Assembly (NCBI GenBank): GCA_050942875.1
Contig: JBMNOD010000001.1
Coordinates: forward strand, 16,597-80,596
Reading direction: 5' to 3'
Origin: Kiritimatiellia bacterium
GTDB taxonomy: Bacteria > Verrucomicrobiota > Kiritimatiellia > RFP12 > UBA3636
DNA: 64,000 nt
Positions 60,189 through 64,000 of this stretch are shown here, piece by piece. A program made the position numbers and the translations under genes. The notes under the pieces were generated by a model that was not told the origin of the DNA, ran no database searches, and saw only the letters and a program-made list of their open reading frames with translations. Each line of letters opens with the position of its first letter. The stretch's first letter is position 1.

Positions 60189-61381
60189 CACCCGAAGAAA
60201 TCCAGAAACGCAAACAAGTGATGGGCCGCTCGATCAAGCTCGGGCACTGCGTGTGCGACCCCGCCAAGCCCTGCCCCTGCCCCCTCTTCCAGGAGAGGAA
60301 CGTCTGCCTCTGCGCCGGCGAGCACCTCCCCGTGGACGACGCCGTGCCCGTCAACCTCACCGAACACGTCCGCAGCGCCGGCTGCGCCAGCAAGATCGGG
60401 CAGAAGGATCTCGACATCGTCCTCTCCAAGCTCCCGCAGACGACCGACCCCCGGCTCGTCGTCGGCGCCTCCACCGGCGACGACGCCGGCGTCTTCGAAA
60501 TCCGCCCCGGCCTCCTGCTCGTGCAGACGGTGGACGTCTTCACGCCCGGCGTGGACGACCCCTACACGTTCGGCCGCATCGCGGCCTGCAACTCCCTCAG
60601 CGACGTCTACGCCATGGGCGGCACGCCCGTGACGGCGCTCTCCATCATCGGCTTCCCCATCCACACCCTGCCGCACCGCGCCATGCGGGAAATCCTCAAG
60701 GGCGGCCTCGACACCCTCGCCGAAGCCGGCGCGCTCTGCGTCGGCGGCCACAGCGTCAACGACGAGGAAGTCAAGTTCGGCATGGCCGTCACCGGCGTCG
60801 TCGAACGCGACCGCCTCGCCACCAACGCCGGCGCCGAGGAAGGCGACGTGCTCATCCTCACCAAGGCGCTCGGCATCGGCATGATCGCCCTGGCCGGCCA
60901 GCTCGGCCGCGCGACCCCCGCGTCGCAGGCGGCGGCGGCGGAGTCCATGACCACCCTGAACCGCGCCGCCTCCGAAGCCATGATCCGCCATGGCGCGAAA
61001 GCCTGCACGGACGTCACCGGCTTCGGCCTCCTCGGCCACCTCACGCGCATGATGCTCGAAAGCGGCACGGGCGCCGAGATCGACTTCGACGCCCTGCCCC
61101 TGCTCCCCGACGTCATGGCCTACGCCGAAGCCGGCATCTACAGCGGCGCCAACGAACGCAACTCCGCCTTCGTCGAGCCCCACGTCGCCTTCGACCCCCG
61201 CCTGTCCCCCGCGCAGCAAGCCGTGCTCTACGACGCCCAGACCTCCGGCGGCCTCCTCATCCCCATCCGCGCCGACGCCGCCGACGCCCTCCTCCGCGAC
61301 CTCCACGCCACCGGCGTCCCCGCCGCCCGCGCCATCGGCCGCGTCACCGCCCCCGGCACCCCGCGCATCGTGGTGAAATGA
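60185..61381 (+). CDS. selD: selenide, water dikinase with N-terminal Cys-rich extension
   Basis: ATG 60185 overlaps the selB stop. SelD core has the Cys form of the active site, SAGCASKIG, and an AIR-synthase-like fold. It is preceded by a ~50-aa extension GHCVCDPAKPCPCPLFQERNVCLCAGEH absent from the E. coli SelD N-terminus. Confidence 0.85.
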   Translation: MTPEEIQKRKQVMGRSIKLGHCVCDPAKPCPCPLFQERNVCLCAGEHLPVDDAVPVNLTEHVRSAGCASKIGQKDLDIVLSKLPQTTDPRLVVGASTGDDAGVFEIRPGLLLVQTVDVFTPGVDDPYTFGRIAACNSLSDVYAMGGTPVTALSIIGFPIHTLPHRAMREILKGGLDTLAEAGALCVGGHSVNDEEVKFGMAVTGVVERDRLATNAGAEEGDVLILTKALGIGMIALAGQLGRATPASQAAAAESMTTLNRAASEAMIRHGAKACTDVTGFGLLGHLTRMMLESGTGAEIDFDALPLLPDVMAYAEAGIYSGANERNSAFVEPHVAFDPRLSPAQQAVLYDAQTSGGLLIPIRADAADALLRDLHATGVPAARAIGRVTAPGTPRIVVK

Positions 61382-61431
61382 GGCATAATGCCTCAAAAAC
61401 CTTTGTCGCGAACTTTGTCGCTAACCTTGTC

Positions 61432-61600
61432 GCCCCCCAATATCGTACGAGCACGGCTTCGTCCCCGCCCCGGGGCTTCGTCCCCCCCCAATATCGTACG
61501 CGCGCGGCTTCGCCCCCCAATATCGTACGCGCTCGGCTTCGCCCCCCAATATCGTACGGGCGGGGCTTCGTCCCCGCCCCGGGGCTTCGCCCCCGCCCAT
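61432..61600. repeat. tandem ~30-bp repeats (CCCCCCAATATCGTACG core, 4 copies)
   Basis: Direct repetition is visible in the sequence; a related copy lies at 62876..62915. Confidence 0.6.
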
Positions 61601-62227
61601 TCGACCCCGCCTCCCCTCTTGACTCGCGCCCTCTGCGGCGCGTACGCCTCACTCCGCTCCTTGCATCAGCCCCCACCCGAATCTTGAACCGCTTCAGCCT
61701 TTGTGCTCGGCATCGGTTCCGAAGCCGCCTGCGGAACAGCTTCCGAGCTTTCCTGTTTCTTCGGATTCAACAGCCAATTGGCGAGCCTCTTTAGATCGTC
61801 GTCGCCATCACTTGTTTTCTTCAGGCCCAGCACCGGATAGAAGCACTCCTTCGTGATCCAGATCAAAAAGAAAAGCGACGCCAAGGGGAACACAATGCCG
61901 TTGAGAAGTTTGATTGTCGCGAGTTTGGCGACCGAACTTGTCCACCTCTTTTCGTCGCGCCCTTTTCATCGTTTTCAACAGGTGTGTACCCCTTGCCATT
62001 CGCTTCCCTACTCGTTCACGTTCCCGTACACGTACCCGTACACGTTCACGGCTCTCCTCCGTCCATGTTTTTCGTGTACGCTGACGTTTACCGCTCCGCT
62101 GGGTGCGGGAACGACGCATGTCGAACACCCTGCCGGGACGGCGGGATCCAGCGTTCCGGCGTCTGGTTCGCCCGGCGTGGGGCGTGTCCCGCCGAGGACG
62201 GCGGTCTCCAGCGGTCTCCGCGGGCAA

Positions 62228-62570
62228 TGGCAAAGGGGCGCGGGTTTTCCAACCCGTGGCAAAGGGGCGCGGGTTTTCCAACCCGTGGCAAAGGGGCGCG
62301 GGTTTTCCAACCCGTGACAAAGGGGCACGGGTTTTCCAACCCGTGACAAAGGGGCGCGGGTTTTCCAACCCGTGGCAAAGGGGCGCGGGTTTTCCAACCC
62401 GTGACAAAGGGGCGCGGGTTTTCCAACCCGTGACAAAGGGGCGCGGGTTTTCCAACCCGTGACAAAGGGGCACGGGTTTTCCAACCCGTGACAAAGGGGC
62501 ACGGGTTTTCCAACCCGTGAATAGTTAAAGGCCAAACTCCAGGCACGGGTTTTCCAACCCGTGAACGACC
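62228..62570. repeat. spacerless tandem array of a 29-bp hairpin-forming unit (~10 full copies plus degenerate copies)
   Basis: Unit GT(G/A)GCAAAGGGGC(G/A)CGGGTTTTCCAACCC repeated head-to-tail with a strict 29-bp period. Each unit contains CGGGTT-TTCC-AACCCG. A reverse-complement copy of the unit lies at 56150..56180. Confidence 0.8.
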
Positions 62571-63083
62571 ACGGACAGGAATGTCCGTGCCCCTGGTTCT
62601 GCTGCGCCCCGCGCCTCGGCGCGGGCGAGCGGCGGCTCGCCGGGACGGCGTCGCCCCACCTCCGAAGCGCGCCCCGCGCCGGAGCGCGGGCGAATCGGCG
62701 AAGGCTATAAAACGCGGCGAGGACGCCGCGTCCACCGCGCGACGCGAAATCAATGATCCGTCCTATCCGTCCAAGCCGTCCGACCACCTTGCCGCAAGCC
62801 GTCCACTGCGTCCACCCAAACCCACCCAGAAAAAGGACGGCGCCTTTCTGTGTCGCCTTGTCGCATAAAGAGCTTTGTCGCCCCCCAATATCGTATGGGC
62901 GGGGCTTCGCCCCCCATTCAGAAGCCGCCCCAACGGGGCGTGGCATCTCGCTCTCGGTCGCCAGACGCACAGCGATGACGACAGGCAATTCTTCTCCCGT
63001 CTGTTCGCCGGCCTCCATTCCAGATCAAGCGCCTTCGTTGAAATAGACATGCAACCCGTCTTTGCCGGTTCGCCGCCGGCCTT

Positions 63084-63792
63084 TCATCTGCTCATGGCCG
63101 AGGCGACAAACGTGACGTTGCCCTCAAGCACCCCCAGGGGCAGGGGGCCGCCATGCCCCATGCCGGCCACCTCGACGTATTCAACATTCAACCGATGCTC
63201 ACGCATGGCAGCCACCATCTTGTCGCTGTGGTGGCGCTTGGACACGGCCTTGTCCTTGCCGCCATGGATGATCCGGTACGGAATGTCCGGCATGGCGGCC
63301 ACTTGCTGCAAAGGGGAATGCTCGGCAAGACAGCGGCTCATGCTCTCCGGATAGCCTCGGAACGCGTGCCACAGCGTTGGCGGCAGGTCCGGGCGCTCAT
63401 GGAAGTGATGCTTCAGGTCGCACACGGGGCAGTTGGCCAGACATGCGCTCACGGGGCGTTTCGCGTATCGGGTGTAGAGAAGGCTGCCTTGGCCGCCCAT
63501 GCTGCCTCCCGTGCAGACCAGGGGAATGCCGTCCGCCAGCCCATACGCGGAATAGACGGCATCCACCAATTCATCGATCATCGTTCGCGCTTGCCGGTTC
63601 ATCCAGGACCAGGGGCCGTAATACGGGTGGACGACCAGCCCCCCGGCGCGCCCCCACTCGAGCTCCTCCGTGCTGGGGCCGCTCTTCAGCCCGCCGCCCA
63701 ACCCGTGGAAGGCGAGGACCACCCCTTTGATCCTTCCCCCGACACAGTCCTCGCCCAGCCATGCGATTTCCTTGATGCGCTTCATGTTCATG
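63084..63792 (-). CDS. alpha/beta-hydrolase fold esterase/peptidase
   Basis: GGSMGG nucleophile elbow (GxSxG) and downstream His (AGMGHGG); start MNMKRIK at 63792 or 63786. Confidence 0.7.
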
Positions 63793-63801
63793 CGGCAAAG
63801 G

Positions 63802-64000
63802 CTCAATGCACGATGATGATGCCGCCCCACTCCGGCACAAACTCGTAGGCTCCGATGTCCGCAACCGCCGAGACCACGTCGGGGCGCGGGAACCCGCGGG
63901 CGTCGGTCGCCACGCCGGGCGTCGGCCCGCCGCGGTCGCGCAACACGCTCCCGAGGCCGAACGCCATCGTCTGCGGACGCGTGCCGTCGGGATGCGTCGT
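63802..64000 (-). CDS. 3' end of an unidentified gene running off the window
   Basis: Open frame ending ...AYEFVPEWGGIIIVH* with its stop at 63802..63804; the N-terminus lies beyond position 64000. Confidence 0.3.

Noticed and set aside
62228-62570. CRISPR array
   Set aside because: Repeats are directly adjacent with no spacers, no leader and no cas genes in the window; it is a tandem minisatellite of hairpins.
62008-63018. 336-aa minus-strand ORF (and 62088..62753, 62103..62462)
   Set aside because: These are translations of the 29-bp tandem array, giving a 29-aa periodic peptide (WKTRAPLSRVGKPAPLCHGLENPRPFATG); not a real gene.

Overview
This is a high-GC (~65%), densely coded chromosomal segment with a PVC-like (Verrucomicrobia/Lentisphaerae-type) gene repertoire. 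It carries PATR autotransporter-like repeats, a lamin-tail-like giant secreted protein, cellobiose phosphorylase, many Hanks kinase/CxxC proteins and translationally coupled ATGA gene junctions. Most of the window is housekeeping: fabF; rlmN-apbE-spoU on the minus strand; surA-like, ksgA, galU and nadD; lysS and class II RNR nrdJ; a heptosyltransferase and queH; purN-metY-secretin-lpxA-fabZ; yggS-tatD-SBP; and selA-selB-selD. The accessory content is: (i) a PATR-repeat surface-protein gene interrupted by a C9 homopolymer frameshift, with a LacI regulator, the pair bracketed by two MITE-like elements (15-bp TIR GGGTGTGTGTCAGAA, 8-bp TSDs); (ii) an Eco29kI-type GIY-YIG restriction enzyme plus C5-methyltransferase island between 80-bp direct repeats; (iii) a modular foldback/tandem repeat family scattered over four intergenic regions, including a spacerless 29-bp hairpin array; (iv) a 1839-aa giant secreted protein; (v) a DnaJ-CR-like CxxC zinc-finger protein translationally coupled to a Ser/Thr kinase; and (vi) a subtilisin and two large polytopic membrane proteins in one operon. 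Most of the very long ORFs in the six-frame track are antisense, Arg/Ala-rich GC artefacts.
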